Shown here piece by piece: positions 28,533 through 38,533 of a DNA stretch of 64,000 bases; position 1 is the first letter of the stretch; every line of letters begins with the position of its first letter. A program made the translations under genes and the position numbers. Below the pieces are notes generated by a model. The model saw only the letters and a list, made by a program, of their open reading frames with translations. It searched no databases and was not told where the DNA came from. The DNA is taken from positions 130,625 through 194,624 of IMG/VR virus record IMGVR_UViG_3300042520_001767. One strand, 5' to 3'. This stretch comes from a virus.

Positions 28533-30635
28533 ATGAAATTATTTTTAAATGAAAATACTAAAATAGAAAACTATTCCGAACCATCGACAAAACAATCAAT
28601 AGATGAAATAGATGATATAGCAAATAGTATTTCTGACAATATATCAAAAGAAATTAAAATACCATCCGATGTGTTAAATAGTTTCACTATAAAATCAGAA
28701 CTTAACCCTAAAATTTGGGAAAATGATAAAATAAACCCAAGTGTTCGAACAAAATTAGTTAAAATAGCAAACGACTTCTTTAAAGAACTTAACTTACCAT
28801 CTGAAGTTAAAATGAAAGATATCATATTCACTGGTAGTCTTGCAAATTTTAATTGGTCAAAATATTCCGATATAGATTTACATATAGTATTAGACTTCAG
28901 CCAAATAGAAGCAGAAGACCAATTTAAAGAAGATTTTTTCTACGCACAAAAAACACTATGGAACCAAGCACATGATATTACGGTATTTAATTACCCAATA
29001 GAATTATATGCCCAAGATATAAAAGCTAAATTGGTCGCATCAGCAGTTTATTCACTAAAAACAGATAAATGGATACTTAAACCTTCTAAAGAAGATTTTA
29101 AAGTAAATAAAAAAGTTATCAAACAAAAAGCAGATAGGTTTATAGATAAACTTAAAGATATTAGAAAAGACTACCAAGATAACGAATTACAATCAGTTAT
29201 CGATAAAGTTAAAAACCTAAAAGATAAAATAAAAAACTATAGAACAAGTGGTCTAGAAGATGGTGGCGAATTCGCAATAGAAAATCTAGTATTCAAAACC
29301 CTTAGAAGAACACCTTTTATGGATATACTAGATAGTTACAAAGCTAAAGCTTACGATAAACTTATGTCAGTAAAAGAAAATACAACATTAAATGAAGAAA
29401 TAATAGAAGAAGGTGAATTGGTCGATAACACAAAATTTAAATTGGTTAAAAATAATGACGAAATATCTTATGTCGCAACATATGAAGGTGAAGTTATTGG
29501 TAGCGTTTATATGGATGTAATATATAATTTGGAAAGTTATTTTGAAGGAGATTTTTCAGAAGATGAAATTGATAACCTTTTTACAGATGATAATGTATTC
29601 GTAATCGAATGGCTTGAAGTACCCGATGATTTTTATAAAGGTGCAGGTGTCGGTAGAGCACTTATGAATAAAGCAATTCAATTCGCAAAGAAAAATGGTT
29701 ATAACCAAATATATCTTAATGCAAGCCCAATGGGTGATAGAGGATTAAATGTAAAAGATTTAACAGCTTGGTATAAAACATTCGGATTCTATTCAATTCT
29801 AGACCAAGGAAACAATGTTCAAATGTTATTAAATTTAAACCTAAACGAAAATAAATTAATAATTAAAAATATGCTAAGTCTCTTGACCGAAGCAAATAAC
29901 AGATACGCAACCAAAAGAGATTACTATACAACACTTTTTAAAGTTACAAAAGCTAAACAACTTTATGGAAATGACCCTTATTGGGAAAATGTTCAAGACG
30001 GTCAATGGGTAGGAGCGGTTATTGTAAATATATTCGGTAGAATATCAAAAGTATCTACCTATAACGCACCAGCTGGTCAAGTTAGAACAAACGATTTAGG
30101 TATGAGAGGTGAAAATCCACATTATATGGAATTTAAAATAATGGCGGGTAGAGGTATAGAACACCCAAATTCAAAATCACCAAACTTAAATCCAGCCAGA
30201 ACAAGAAAAGGTTTTGATTCAGAAGAATTTGAAAACGAATCCCAATTTACAATGAAATTGCCAGATGGGGTTACCCTAGAAAATGGTGAAACATCAATAT
30301 CATTTGGAATGCCAAAACCTGGTTCACCAGCATCCGATGCACACATAAAAACTTACCTAATATATGGAGATTTAATACTAGACTTCGTGGAAAATAATTT
30401 AAAAGATAAAATAGGTTACGTTGACGGAACTCAAGCCGATGTAGCAAAAGAAAAAACAGCAGATAAAAACCAATACAAATATGATAAATTTGAAAAAGAA
30501 AAACAAAGAGCAGCAAATAAAGCCCAAAGACCAATAAGTATTGACACAGATAAACAAACTGAATTCGAAAAAAGACAAGCTGATGCAATCGCCAGAAGAG
30601 ATGCAATGATTGCAAGAAGAAACAAAAATAAATAA
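28533..30635 (+). CDS. Pol-beta-type nucleotidyltransferase + GNAT fusion (700 aa)
   Basis: FTGSLANFNWSKYSDIDLHI...IELY; later GAGVGRALMNKAIQFAKKNG...WYKTFGF. Confidence 0.75.
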   Translation: MKLFLNENTKIENYSEPSTKQSIDEIDDIANSISDNISKEIKIPSDVLNSFTIKSELNPKIWENDKINPSVRTKLVKIANDFFKELNLPSEVKMKDIIFTGSLANFNWSKYSDIDLHIVLDFSQIEAEDQFKEDFFYAQKTLWNQAHDITVFNYPIELYAQDIKAKLVASAVYSLKTDKWILKPSKEDFKVNKKVIKQKADRFIDKLKDIRKDYQDNELQSVIDKVKNLKDKIKNYRTSGLEDGGEFAIENLVFKTLRRTPFMDILDSYKAKAYDKLMSVKENTTLNEEIIEEGELVDNTKFKLVKNNDEISYVATYEGEVIGSVYMDVIYNLESYFEGDFSEDEIDNLFTDDNVFVIEWLEVPDDFYKGAGVGRALMNKAIQFAKKNGYNQIYLNASPMGDRGLNVKDLTAWYKTFGFYSILDQGNNVQMLLNLNLNENKLIIKNMLSLLTEANNRYATKRDYYTTLFKVTKAKQLYGNDPYWENVQDGQWVGAVIVNIFGRISKVSTYNAPAGQVRTNDLGMRGENPHYMEFKIMAGRGIEHPNSKSPNLNPARTRKGFDSEEFENESQFTMKLPDGVTLENGETSISFGMPKPGSPASDAHIKTYLIYGDLILDFVENNLKDKIGYVDGTQADVAKEKTADKNQYKYDKFEKEKQRAANKAQRPISIDTDKQTEFEKRQADAIARRDAMIARRNKNK

Positions 30636-30665
30636 AAAAAAAAGGACCATTTGGTCCTTTTTTTT
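30636..30665. terminator. Bidirectional terminator between convergent genes
   Basis: AAAAAAAAGGACC-ATTT-GGTCCTTTTTTT. Confidence 0.75.
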
Positions 30666-31902
30666 AAAACGGTAATTCATTATCGTAATTATTTAATCTC
30701 TCATATAACGATTCATCATATTCTATATCGTATTCGCTAATGTTCATATTGAATCGACCAATTATTTCTAAAACCTCTTTCATTAATTCATCTGGTGCAT
30801 TAACATTATTGAAACCCATAAATTGATTTACTTCAAGAATTCTTTTCGATTCTTGAGTTAAATTAAAACCATTAGCAGTTCTCAATACATAAGGTTTTCT
30901 AAATCGTAAATCTAACGTATGATTTTTGTATCTATAAATCGCACACGCACCACTATTTACCTGCAATGAATATGTACCAACACAATGTGACATAACTTTA
31001 CCCTCATAAATTAATTGATGATTGGTAGTCAATATCTCAATACCACTAAACTTAGCAAAATCTAAATAAACCTTTCTTATGTTTAAATCCGATATATCCT
31101 CAAACTCTAAAATAGTGTTTACAATCTCTTTGGAATACATATCATGTTCTTGTTTCAATCTCTTTAAACCCCATGAACAATTTACCTTGTAACCCAAACT
31201 TGCCGCCATTTTCGTAGTATCAGTAAAATAAGGTGAGGTAAAAAACTCTGGCTTCAAATTATCAATATTTATAAGCACCTTTTTTACCTGTTTCCAAACC
31301 TTAATAAAACTCATTTGTGAAAAACTTCTATTATTTTCAGACAACATCTTCGCAACTGGATAAGGACACTGATAAAGATATTTCAAAATCTCCTTATCAT
31401 TGTATAATTTGTTCTTTATAATACAAGTAAAAGACAACGAATCAACATGCTTGCTCTCAAGAATATTTCTTAACCAACCAAACTTAACCATCAAATATTC
31501 ATATACTAATATGTTTGACTTAGGACAATAGGATTCTAATATTCCCCTATTCAAAACTCTAATCCTTTTCATATTATCAATAAAATAAAATGCTCTGGTT
31601 TTATGCTTATATGTTATAACCCAATTATTCGTTTCCCTACTATAAATAATAGCATTTACAGATATACCATATTTTCTGGTAAGTGATGCAATTCTAAAAT
31701 CACCATTGGGATACTCAAATAAACATATTCTACCTTCAGTATAACTTTGGTTTCTGTCATTGTTATTGTTATCAAATATAACTTTGGCTTTTCGCTTATT
31801 TTGTTCGTAAATATGTTTTAACTTACTAACACTTGGATTTTTAACCTCACTAAGTACAGTTAATGTGCAAACTTGACCTTCTTCAATTTTCTTTTTTGGC
31901 AT
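30664..31902 (-). CDS. PcfJ-like domain protein (412 aa)
   Basis: C-terminal L..EG..M.HCVGTY......AIY motif. Confidence 0.6.
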   Translation of the reverse strand: MPKKKIEEGQVCTLTVLSEVKNPSVSKLKHIYEQNKRKAKVIFDNNNNDRNQSYTEGRICLFEYPNGDFRIASLTRKYGISVNAIIYSRETNNWVITYKHKTRAFYFIDNMKRIRVLNRGILESYCPKSNILVYEYLMVKFGWLRNILESKHVDSLSFTCIIKNKLYNDKEILKYLYQCPYPVAKMLSENNRSFSQMSFIKVWKQVKKVLINIDNLKPEFFTSPYFTDTTKMAASLGYKVNCSWGLKRLKQEHDMYSKEIVNTILEFEDISDLNIRKVYLDFAKFSGIEILTTNHQLIYEGKVMSHCVGTYSLQVNSGACAIYRYKNHTLDLRFRKPYVLRTANGFNLTQESKRILEVNQFMGFNNVNAPDELMKEVLEIIGRFNMNISEYDIEYDESLYERLNNYDNELPF

Positions 31903-31931
31903 AATGTTTAGTCTGATTATTCAAATATAAA

Positions 31932-32489
31932 TTAATTAATTATTGTCAAAGGTGATTTTCTTAACAAATCATATCGGTCAATTATTATTTTACCATCATG
32001 CAATTTAAGTAAATTTCCATCAACAATAATAGACATCTTAAAATTATTTCTAACAATAGAAATAAGACTCGACTCATTATAATCCTCCAAATAACGAGAA
32101 TCTATCCATCGCATATTATGGTCATGTGGTGGACCCTCATTATATAACCAACCAAACATATCTGGAGTAGCAATAATATTAAGACTTAAAGAATTAACAT
32201 AATCACATATCTTACCATTATAGTAAAATTTACCACCATCACAAAATTCAGTACCACTAACAAGAACTGGCAACAATGGATATAATTCACACTCATGAAA
32301 AAGTCCGTCAATACCATAAATGCTATACATCAAACCAAAAGGCTCACTAATAATCCTATCCACCCAATAAAAATCATCAGAAATTACTGGTGGTTTATTT
32401 ACCAATGCAACACTTGAACCAATAGCGATTCTAATCGTTTGGTCAATAACAAATCTTAAATCGTATTCTTTTATTTCTATTTTATCCAT
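31932..32489 (-). CDS. Hypothetical protein (about 185 aa)
   Basis: ORF; likely start MDKIE. Confidence 0.6.
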   Translation of the reverse strand: MDKIEIKEYDLRFVIDQTIRIAIGSSVALVNKPPVISDDFYWVDRIISEPFGLMYSIYGIDGLFHECELYPLLPVLVSGTEFCDGGKFYYNGKICDYVNSLSLNIIATPDMFGWLYNEGPPHDHNMRWIDSRYLEDYNESSLISIVRNNFKMSIIVDGNLLKLHDGKIIIDRYDLLRKSPLTIIN

Positions 32490-32574
32490 ATTGAAAATAA
32501 TGTTATAATGAATGTACAAAGTTATAACATTTTTATTTAATATAAAAATTATATGATAATAATTTTAACCAAAA

Positions 32575-32750
32575 AACCCAAAAAAATTTTTTTAGAAAAT
32601 AGGGGTCCTCTTTTTTTTATACCAAAAATTTCTGGAAAAAAAAATTGAAAATAGGGGTGCCTTAAAAATGAAGTCAAAAAATTTCTGGAAAAAAATTTTT
32701 GAAAATAGGGACCCCTATATATGAAACCAAAAAAAATTTCCAGGAATTTT
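32575..32750. repeat. Three to four about 53-bp imperfect direct repeats
   Basis: GAAAATAGGG at about 32596, 32647, 32701; CAAAAATTTC(T/C)(G/A)G at about 32613, 32665, 32728. Confidence 0.75.
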
Positions 32751-32787
32751 TTCTTTACATCATCATACCCCACATATAGCCACACAC

Positions 32788-32839
32788 GGGGGGGCATACA
32801 TAGGGGGGGTAACGGGAGGGAGGGGGTATGTAGGGGGGG
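32788..32839 (+). other. G-run cluster (G-quadruplex potential)
   Basis: G7-catacata-G7-taac-GGG-a-GGG-a-G5-tatgta-G7. Confidence 0.7.
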
Positions 32840-33024
32840 TCTATATCGTACTAACTTTTAAAATCTATATAACAATATCATTTTAAACAAACGTTCTTTA
32901 AAACGTCTTATTTAAAGTCATGTAAAAAATAGTTATTAAGCAAATAATTATATTATTTATATTAATTCTAAATAATATAATAGGAATAAAAAAAAGGTAC
33001 TTTTTTATAGTACCTTATTTTATA

Positions 33025-33612
33025 TTAGATTTCAATTCCTTGCAATTTTAATTCGGCTTTATCAAAGATAAAATTCCTATATTTATCTTGTTTAAATTGG
33101 CAAAGTTTTTTTATTTTATTTTGTACTATTGTTAATTCTCTTGATTTTGTTTCTTTGTATTCTATTGATTGTAAAATTGTTTTTTTAACAACTAATCCAA
33201 AGATATGAATTTGTAGTGTTTCTTTGTTTAGTTTTACACCTTTAGCTAAGTGTTTATAAGCGTTTTTTTGTGCATCGGATAAAGCTATTGTTTTATCGTT
33301 TTCAAGTCTTAAAGCTTCTTTTACGTCTTCGCTTGATAGTCTTTTTTCTAATGAATTATAAACATTTTTAAATGCTGTTTCAATTAATTCAATAGGGTAG
33401 TTTTTTTGTAGTGTTTCAAAGATTTCATTTTGTTTCTCTTGCAATACTTTAAAATCATTAAGTAAACAATTTTCGTAAGTAATTCCCGCAACAATAGTTT
33501 GGTTTGAAATTTCGCCTTGTTTATTTTCGTAGTTTCTAACGCCTACAAAAGTAGTTCCTTTTATAGTTTTTGCTACTGCTAATAATACTGAATTTTTAGT
33601 TGAAGTTGTCAT
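33025..33612 (-). CDS. Hypothetical protein (about 195 aa)
   Basis: Start MTTSTK follows the leader; the track start lies inside the promoter. Confidence 0.8.
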   Translation of the reverse strand: MTTSTKNSVLLAVAKTIKGTTFVGVRNYENKQGEISNQTIVAGITYENCLLNDFKVLQEKQNEIFETLQKNYPIELIETAFKNVYNSLEKRLSSEDVKEALRLENDKTIALSDAQKNAYKHLAKGVKLNKETLQIHIFGLVVKKTILQSIEYKETKSRELTIVQNKIKKLCQFKQDKYRNFIFDKAELKLQGIEI

Positions 33613-33665
33613 ATTGTGTGTGTGTGTTAATTGATTAGAGTACAAATATCGTGATTAGTTTTGGT

Positions 33666-33806
33666 TTATGCAAATAAATTTGCAGTTATTTTGCATAAAA
33701 TTTTAAAATTAATCAAAACAAGTATTAAAATGCTTATTATTAATACATTACTATTGATAGTTAATAAACCAATAGTAGCAAGAGTTAAATTTATAAGATT
33801 TTTCAT
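33666..33806 (-). CDS. Small hydrophobic protein (46 aa, not in track)
   Basis: Manual: MKNLINLTLATIGLLTINSNVLIISILILVLINF... after the leader. Confidence 0.55.
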   Translation of the reverse strand: MKNLINLTLATIGLLTINSNVLIISILILVLINFKILCKITANLFA

Positions 33807-33911
33807 ATTGTGTATGTGTTAATTGATTAGAGTACAAATATAAGAATAACATTTTTAATATCCTAATGAATTTTATTATTTTTTCATTTATTTTTTTCTT
33901 ATCTTTGTAAT

Positions 33912-33962
33912 GTAGATATGATACGGGTCGCATAATATGTGAGAGAGTAGACTCCGTCACGC
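33912..33962 (+). ncRNA. Repeated structured ncRNA candidate, copy 1
   Basis: Follows TATCTTTG; core ACGGGTCGCATAATATGTGAGAGAGTAGACTCC. Confidence 0.6.
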
Positions 33963-34021
33963 ATTATAAAAAAAAGGTTAAAAACAAAAAAAAATCCTTA
34001 TAGTAAGGATTTTTTAGTTTT

Positions 34022-34561
34022 TTATCTGAAAGGGTTAAAATCGGGTTGTTTTTGGTTTTCTATTTCGTTAATATCTATTGATATATTAAAAAAGTTTTCA
34101 GTTGGTGTGTTAATTCCTTTTACTAGTTCATCAGTAACATTTTGATAAATTGGTTTTAAGTTTTCAAAACTTGCACCACAATAAAGCACATTTGCTTTGA
34201 TATCTAGTTTTACCATTATATATGCTAATTCATAAAAGTATTTGATTTCATCAGTAGTGAAATTTTCAAAATTCTCATTTATAAAATTCATTACTTTGTT
34301 AATATTTTTTGCACCATTAAAATCAAAATGAAACAATTTAACGTGGTTATTTTCGTCAAAGTATCTAACAATTAGATTACTATAAGTAGATTTTTTTGGA
34401 GCGTTTAAACGTCCTGTTTTTGGGTTTATAGTTGTTTTAATAGTTCTATATCCTTTTTTAGAATTAAACTCTAATTCATCATATAAAGTCGTTTTTAAAT
34501 TGAAACTATAAGGATAATTTTCTACTACTATTTTTTCTTGTGTTTTGATAAGATTTTCCAT
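34022..34561 (-). CDS. Hypothetical protein (about 179 aa)
   Basis: Start MENLIK after the module. Confidence 0.8.
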   Translation of the reverse strand: MENLIKTQEKIVVENYPYSFNLKTTLYDELEFNSKKGYRTIKTTINPKTGRLNAPKKSTYSNLIVRYFDENNHVKLFHFDFNGAKNINKVMNFINENFENFTTDEIKYFYELAYIMVKLDIKANVLYCGASFENLKPIYQNVTDELVKGINTPTENFFNISIDINEIENQKQPDFNPFR

Positions 34562-34676
34562 TTTGTGTGTTTTTAATTGGTTACTAATTTTTAACATTAC
34601 AAATATAGGATAATATTTTTAATATCCTACTATAAATAAATTTTTTTTATAACTTTTTTTATTTTATATTTGTAGT

Positions 34677-34730
34677 GTTGAAAGAGTAACGGGTCGCATA
34701 ATATGTGAGAGAGTAGACTCCATCCAGGTG
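34677..34730 (+). ncRNA. Repeated ncRNA candidate, copy 2
   Basis: Follows TATATTTG; core identical to copy 1. Confidence 0.6.
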
Positions 34731-34844
34731 TTATTTTTTTTTATATATGTATATAATTTTTTAACATAATTTTAACATTTAATTTTTGGTTTATTGGTTT
34801 AATTGTTTTATATTTGTAATCTAATCAATTAACACATACACACT

Positions 34845-35096
34845 ATGAACAAATTACAACTATCAATGTTTTTAACTAACCAAATTTTGGTTATAAAGTC
34901 AGGTATGGAATTAACTGCTCAAGTTAAAAAATTTAGAGTAGCTTTTAAAGAAATGGTGGGTTTACCAAAGAGAGCAAGTCATTTGCAAGTATTGGGTGCT
35001 ATTAGAGAGGTTTATATCGCCAATGGTATTGAGGCTGAGTTTATCGAAAAGATAAAAAGACATAAAGCAGAACATTTATTAGAAGCCCTTGTATAA
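34845..35096 (+). CDS. Hypothetical protein (83 aa)
   Basis: Behind a plus-strand promoter/leader copy; terminator AAGCCCTTGTATAAGGGTTTTTT at its end. Confidence 0.8.
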   Translation: MNKLQLSMFLTNQILVIKSGMELTAQVKKFRVAFKEMVGLPKRASHLQVLGAIREVYIANGIEAEFIEKIKRHKAEHLLEALV

Positions 35097-35144
35097 GGGT
35101 TTTTTTTTGTTTTGTATGTACACTATTGTGTCCATAGGTGTTAT

Positions 35145-35245
35145 AAAAAATATAAGGTAGGTTGGAGCTGAACCTTTGGTTCTACGCCTGGCGGCAGTCT
35201 ACTCTATCAAGTTATTAGCTCGACCCGTCTTGATTTCTCATTGAC
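35145..35245 (-). ncRNA. Repeated ncRNA candidate, copy 3 (long form, minus strand)
   Basis: Reverse complement ACGGGTCGAGCTAATAACTTGATAGAGTAGACTGCCGCCAGGCGTAGAACCAAAGGTTCAGCTCC...TTTTTT. Confidence 0.6.
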
Positions 35246-35307
35246 TTAGTAAAGATAGGTAAAATAAATGTAACCACCAAATTTATTGGTGGTTATTTTT
35301 ATTTATT

Positions 35308-35502
35308 TTAGACAAATTCTATATTGTTTTCAAAACTTGAATATCTTTCGCCTTTTGAAGTTTCGTAAGTAAACTCTTTATTACAAACGTCATCACTTTG
35401 TAAGTTTACTATTTTTACGTTATTCTCTTTAAGGTTACCACTTAAAAAAGATACTAGAGTTTTGTTGTTGAATGCTTCAGTTAAGATTTTTCTATTTGTC
35501 AT
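35308..35502 (-). CDS. Hypothetical protein (64 aa)
   Basis: ORF after module. Confidence 0.7.
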   Translation of the reverse strand: MTNRKILTEAFNNKTLVSFLSGNLKENNVKIVNLQSDDVCNKEFTYETSKGERYSSFENNIEFV

Positions 35503-35581
35503 GATGTCTTTGTGTTTTTGATTACATTACAAATATAGTGAAAATAAAATAACCTACCAAATAAATGATAGGTTATTTTTA

Positions 35582-35773
35582 TTATACTTCTGTTAGTGTT
35601 TTTCTATCTAGTGTTACATTATCTATACCACCATCATCAAAATGTGTTTCTAAATAAATTTCTTCATCATTGTAGTCAGACATTTTGATTTCTACAAAAT
35701 CATCATATTGATTTTCTAATTCAGCTATTCGTGTAGTTAACTTGGTTAATTCATCTTTAGTTAATTTTTCCAT
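35582..35773 (-). CDS. Hypothetical protein (63 aa)
   Basis: ORF after module. Confidence 0.7.
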   Translation of the reverse strand: MEKLTKDELTKLTTRIAELENQYDDFVEIKMSDYNDEEIYLETHFDDGGIDNVTLDRKTLTEV

Positions 35774-35923
35774 TTTTTTTTGATTTTAATTGATATATGT
35801 AAAGATAGTTAAAATAAACTAATTAACCAAATTTATTTGTGGGTAAAAACTATAATATTTAATACAATAAATAATATAACTAGACCCCAAATTTTAATAT
35901 TTTCTTTTGTTGATTTTTTCATT

Positions 35924-36121
35924 TTATACATTTTCTGCGTGTTTTAATAATTCGATTGAATCAGAGATAAATTCTTCATCAGTCATGTTAATCATTTCTT
36001 CTGCGGTTTCAGCATCCATCCAAAATGTTATTTTATCATCTTTGGAGATATTAAATAAACCTTCTGCCATCATACTACCTTTATTCAATTGGAATCCGTT
36101 AACGTCTCTTAATACTTTCAT
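35924..36121 (-). CDS. Hypothetical protein (65 aa)
   Basis: ORF after module. Confidence 0.7.
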   Translation of the reverse strand: MKVLRDVNGFQLNKGSMMAEGLFNISKDDKITFWMDAETAEEMINMTDEEFISDSIELLKHAENV

Positions 36122-36208
36122 GGTGTTTATGTGTTAATTGATTAGATTACAAATGTAATAAAAATAATCCATATTACCAAACATAATATGGATTATTTTT
36201 AATTTATT

Positions 36209-36520
36209 TTACCATGTAATATAAACATAGTAATTTGGTGAACATATAACGACCTTAAAACCTTTTTCTTCTAAATAAGGTTTCATTTTGGTTTCAACTA
36301 GGTTTTGTAAATTACCATTACCACCAAATTCTTCTTTAACCACTTTATTGTTGGTGTGTTCTAATGTATAACTACCGATTGATATTTCATTACCTTTAGA
36401 ATTTTTGGCAACTTGTTCCATTCTTGGATAGAGTACTTCATTATATACTCTATCGAATTTTGGTCTATCAGTATCTAATATTTCAGATACTAAACTTTTT
36501 AATTTTGCAATGTCGTTCAT
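36209..36520 (-). CDS. Hypothetical protein (103 aa)
   Basis: ORF after module. Confidence 0.75.
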   Translation of the reverse strand: MNDIAKLKSLVSEILDTDRPKFDRVYNEVLYPRMEQVAKNSKGNEISIGSYTLEHTNNKVVKEEFGGNGNLQNLVETKMKPYLEEKGFKVVICSPNYYVYITW

Positions 36521-36586
36521 GGTGTTTATGTGTTAATTGATTAGAGTGTAAATATAGTGAATAGTTTTGAATTACACAAATTTATT

Positions 36587-36811
36587 TTAGTTTTGATTTA
36601 CATTTGGTTCAAATCCCCAATGTGTTCTCATTTCGTTATTTAGGTGTTCGATATCAAAACCTAATAAATTACCTATTTCAAATTTATAACCATAATCATA
36701 ATTAATAAATTTTACAGCTTCAAAACCAAATTGTAATTCTCTTACTCTAATTTCTGAACCAATTGGTTCTATACCTTGTAATGGGTTTTTAAAGAATTGT
36801 TCTATTGTCAT
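36587..36811 (-). CDS. Hypothetical protein (74 aa)
   Basis: ORF after module. Confidence 0.7.
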   Translation of the reverse strand: MTIEQFFKNPLQGIEPIGSEIRVRELQFGFEAVKFINYDYGYKFEIGNLLGFDIEHLNNEMRTHWGFEPNVNQN

Positions 36812-36890
36812 AATATGTTATTTTTTGATTACATTACAAATATAAGAATAATAATCCACACTACCTAATATAATGTGGATTTTTTTTAAT

Positions 36891-37187
36891 TTATTTTCTA
36901 ATTTCATTATAACTTTTCAAATATGAATTGTAGTTTTGTCTTTTGATAACTAACAAATTGTAACCTAAATTCGTTAGTTCATTGTATAGTGGTAATGCTT
37001 GGGGAGTGGTGGCATTTTTAGACGTTTTAAGACAATATTTATAGTCAGCTGAACTATGTTGTCCTATGTGTTGGTATGATGAAACATGACCATTAAAATC
37101 ACAAACTTCGTGAGGGAACAAAGCATAAACTTCGTTATCTTTATTAACTCTAAAAATAACTTCTGTTATGTGTAAATCTTTTTGCAT
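36891..37187 (-). CDS. Hypothetical protein (98 aa)
   Basis: ORF after module; ALFP...Y.HIGQHS motif. Confidence 0.75.
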   Translation of the reverse strand: MQKDLHITEVIFRVNKDNEVYALFPHEVCDFNGHVSSYQHIGQHSSADYKYCLKTSKNATTPQALPLYNELTNLGYNLLVIKRQNYNSYLKSYNEIRK

Positions 37188-37273
37188 TGTATTTTATTTT
37201 AATTGGTTAGAGTACAAATATAAGATAAAAAATCCACACTACCTAATATAATGTGGATTATTTTTAATTTATT

Positions 37274-37555
37274 TTATGATTCCCAAAACATAATGGTTCC
37301 TGGGTCGTTCCATTCAGCATACCATCCGTGTTTGGTTAATAGTTTCATAAACTCGTTATGTACTCCAAAATCGTATCTATTGTGATTTTCAGAGTAGTAG
37401 TTGAATAGGTCGAAACCATCTTTTGCTTTATCTCCATTCTCTCCAGAACTCCAAATTCCACCTTTAGAACCATTGAACTCTTCGGTTGTTCTCATAAACA
37501 AATTTGGATATTTTGTTTCGATTGCTTTCATCATTGCGTTTCTTGTACTTGCCAT
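37274..37555 (-). CDS. Hypothetical protein (93 aa)
   Basis: ORF after module. Confidence 0.75.
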   Translation of the reverse strand: MASTRNAMMKAIETKYPNLFMRTTEEFNGSKGGIWSSGENGDKAKDGFDLFNYYSENHNRYDFGVHNEFMKLLTKHGWYAEWNDPGTIMFWES

Positions 37556-37633
37556 AATCTTAGTGTATTGGTGGTTGCTTCATTGCAACAGTACAAATAT
37601 AAGAATAATAATCCACACTACCAAATTATTTGA

Positions 37634-37831
37634 TTATAATTTTGATATAAATAATTTTGCTTTTGATTCGTGAGCAACTATCTGCCAACCCCAAATTTGA
37701 TATTCAAATGTTTTAGGTCTATCATTCCAATATTGTTTAGGTTCTGTTTGAGAATCTATATACTTTTGTATATAACCATTTACCACCCTATAACCTAATG
37801 ATTCCAAATATTCTTTATCTTTATCATCCAT
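37634..37831 (-). CDS. Hypothetical protein (65 aa)
   Basis: Start MDDKDK after promoter. Confidence 0.6.
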   Translation of the reverse strand: MDDKDKEYLESLGYRVVNGYIQKYIDSQTEPKQYWNDRPKTFEYQIWGWQIVAHESKAKLFISKL

Positions 37832-37912
37832 AGTACAAAGATAAGACATTATTTTTTAATATCCTAATACATTTTATTTTTTTTTAAACTTTTTTTATCT
37901 TATCTTTGTAAT

Positions 37913-37992
37913 GTTGAAAGGGTAACGGGTCACGACAAGTGAAAGAGTAGACTCCCACCAGGTGTAGAACCAAAGGTTCAGCTCCGTCACGT
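37913..37992 (+). ncRNA. Repeated ncRNA candidate, copy 4 (long form)
   Basis: ACGGGTCACGACAAGTGAAAGAGTAGACTCCCACCAGGTGTAGAACCAAAGGTTCAGCTCCGTCACG. Confidence 0.6.
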
Positions 37993-38089
37993 CTATATGT
38001 GAACTGCTACCGACAAGGCACAAAAAAAGGTAGGACACAACCCCTACCTTTCCCACGTTAATTACTTAACGTTTCACCAATTAAACATA

Positions 38090-38290
38090 TTATTCTATTC
38101 CGTATTTATTATATTTTTTCTTTGATTTTTCATCAAGGATAATCGCCACTACTCCAACACCACCAAACGCCATAAAAAATGATACTGCTTCGATTATTGT
38201 TTGATTTGAAATTGCATTAAACATTACTACCATTGAGGTAATCATTCCAACGATTGTGATAACTTGTAAAAATAAGATTGATTTTTTCAT
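38090..38290 (-). CDS. Small two-TM membrane protein (66 aa)
   Basis: Two hydrophobic helices; tandem paralog of the next gene. Confidence 0.75.
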   Translation of the reverse strand: MKKSILFLQVITIVGMITSMVVMFNAISNQTIIEAVSFFMAFGGVGVVAIILDEKSKKKYNKYGIE

Positions 38291-38338
38291 GATGTTTGTT
38301 TTTTGATTAGATTGTAAAGATAAGAAAAATAAATTAGA

Positions 38339-38533
38339 CTACCAAATATTTTTTTCTTTTTCTTTTTGTATTTCTTCAATTATAATTGCTACAATTGCTA
38401 CACAACTAAAAACAGCAAAAGTAATAATTGATATAATTAATACATTATCGTTATTGGTTGTAAACATAAAAAACATAGATGTTATTAACCCAATTAAAGA
38501 AATGATTTGTAAAGGTAAGATAAATTTTTTCAT
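38339..38533 (-). CDS. Small two-TM membrane protein (64 aa)
   Basis: MKKFILPLQII...ITSM resembles MKKSILFLQVI...ITSM. Confidence 0.75.
   Translation of the reverse strand: MKKFILPLQIISLIGLITSMFFMFTTNNDNVLIISIITFAVFSCVAIVAIIIEEIQKEKEKNIW

Noticed and set aside
32549-32797. Track ORF of 82 aa
   Set aside because: Translates the non-coding direct repeats (poly-F/K) and is not credible as a gene.
33751-33960. Track ORF of 69 aa
   Set aside because: Runs across two divergent promoters and an ncRNA copy; the real gene is 33666..33806.
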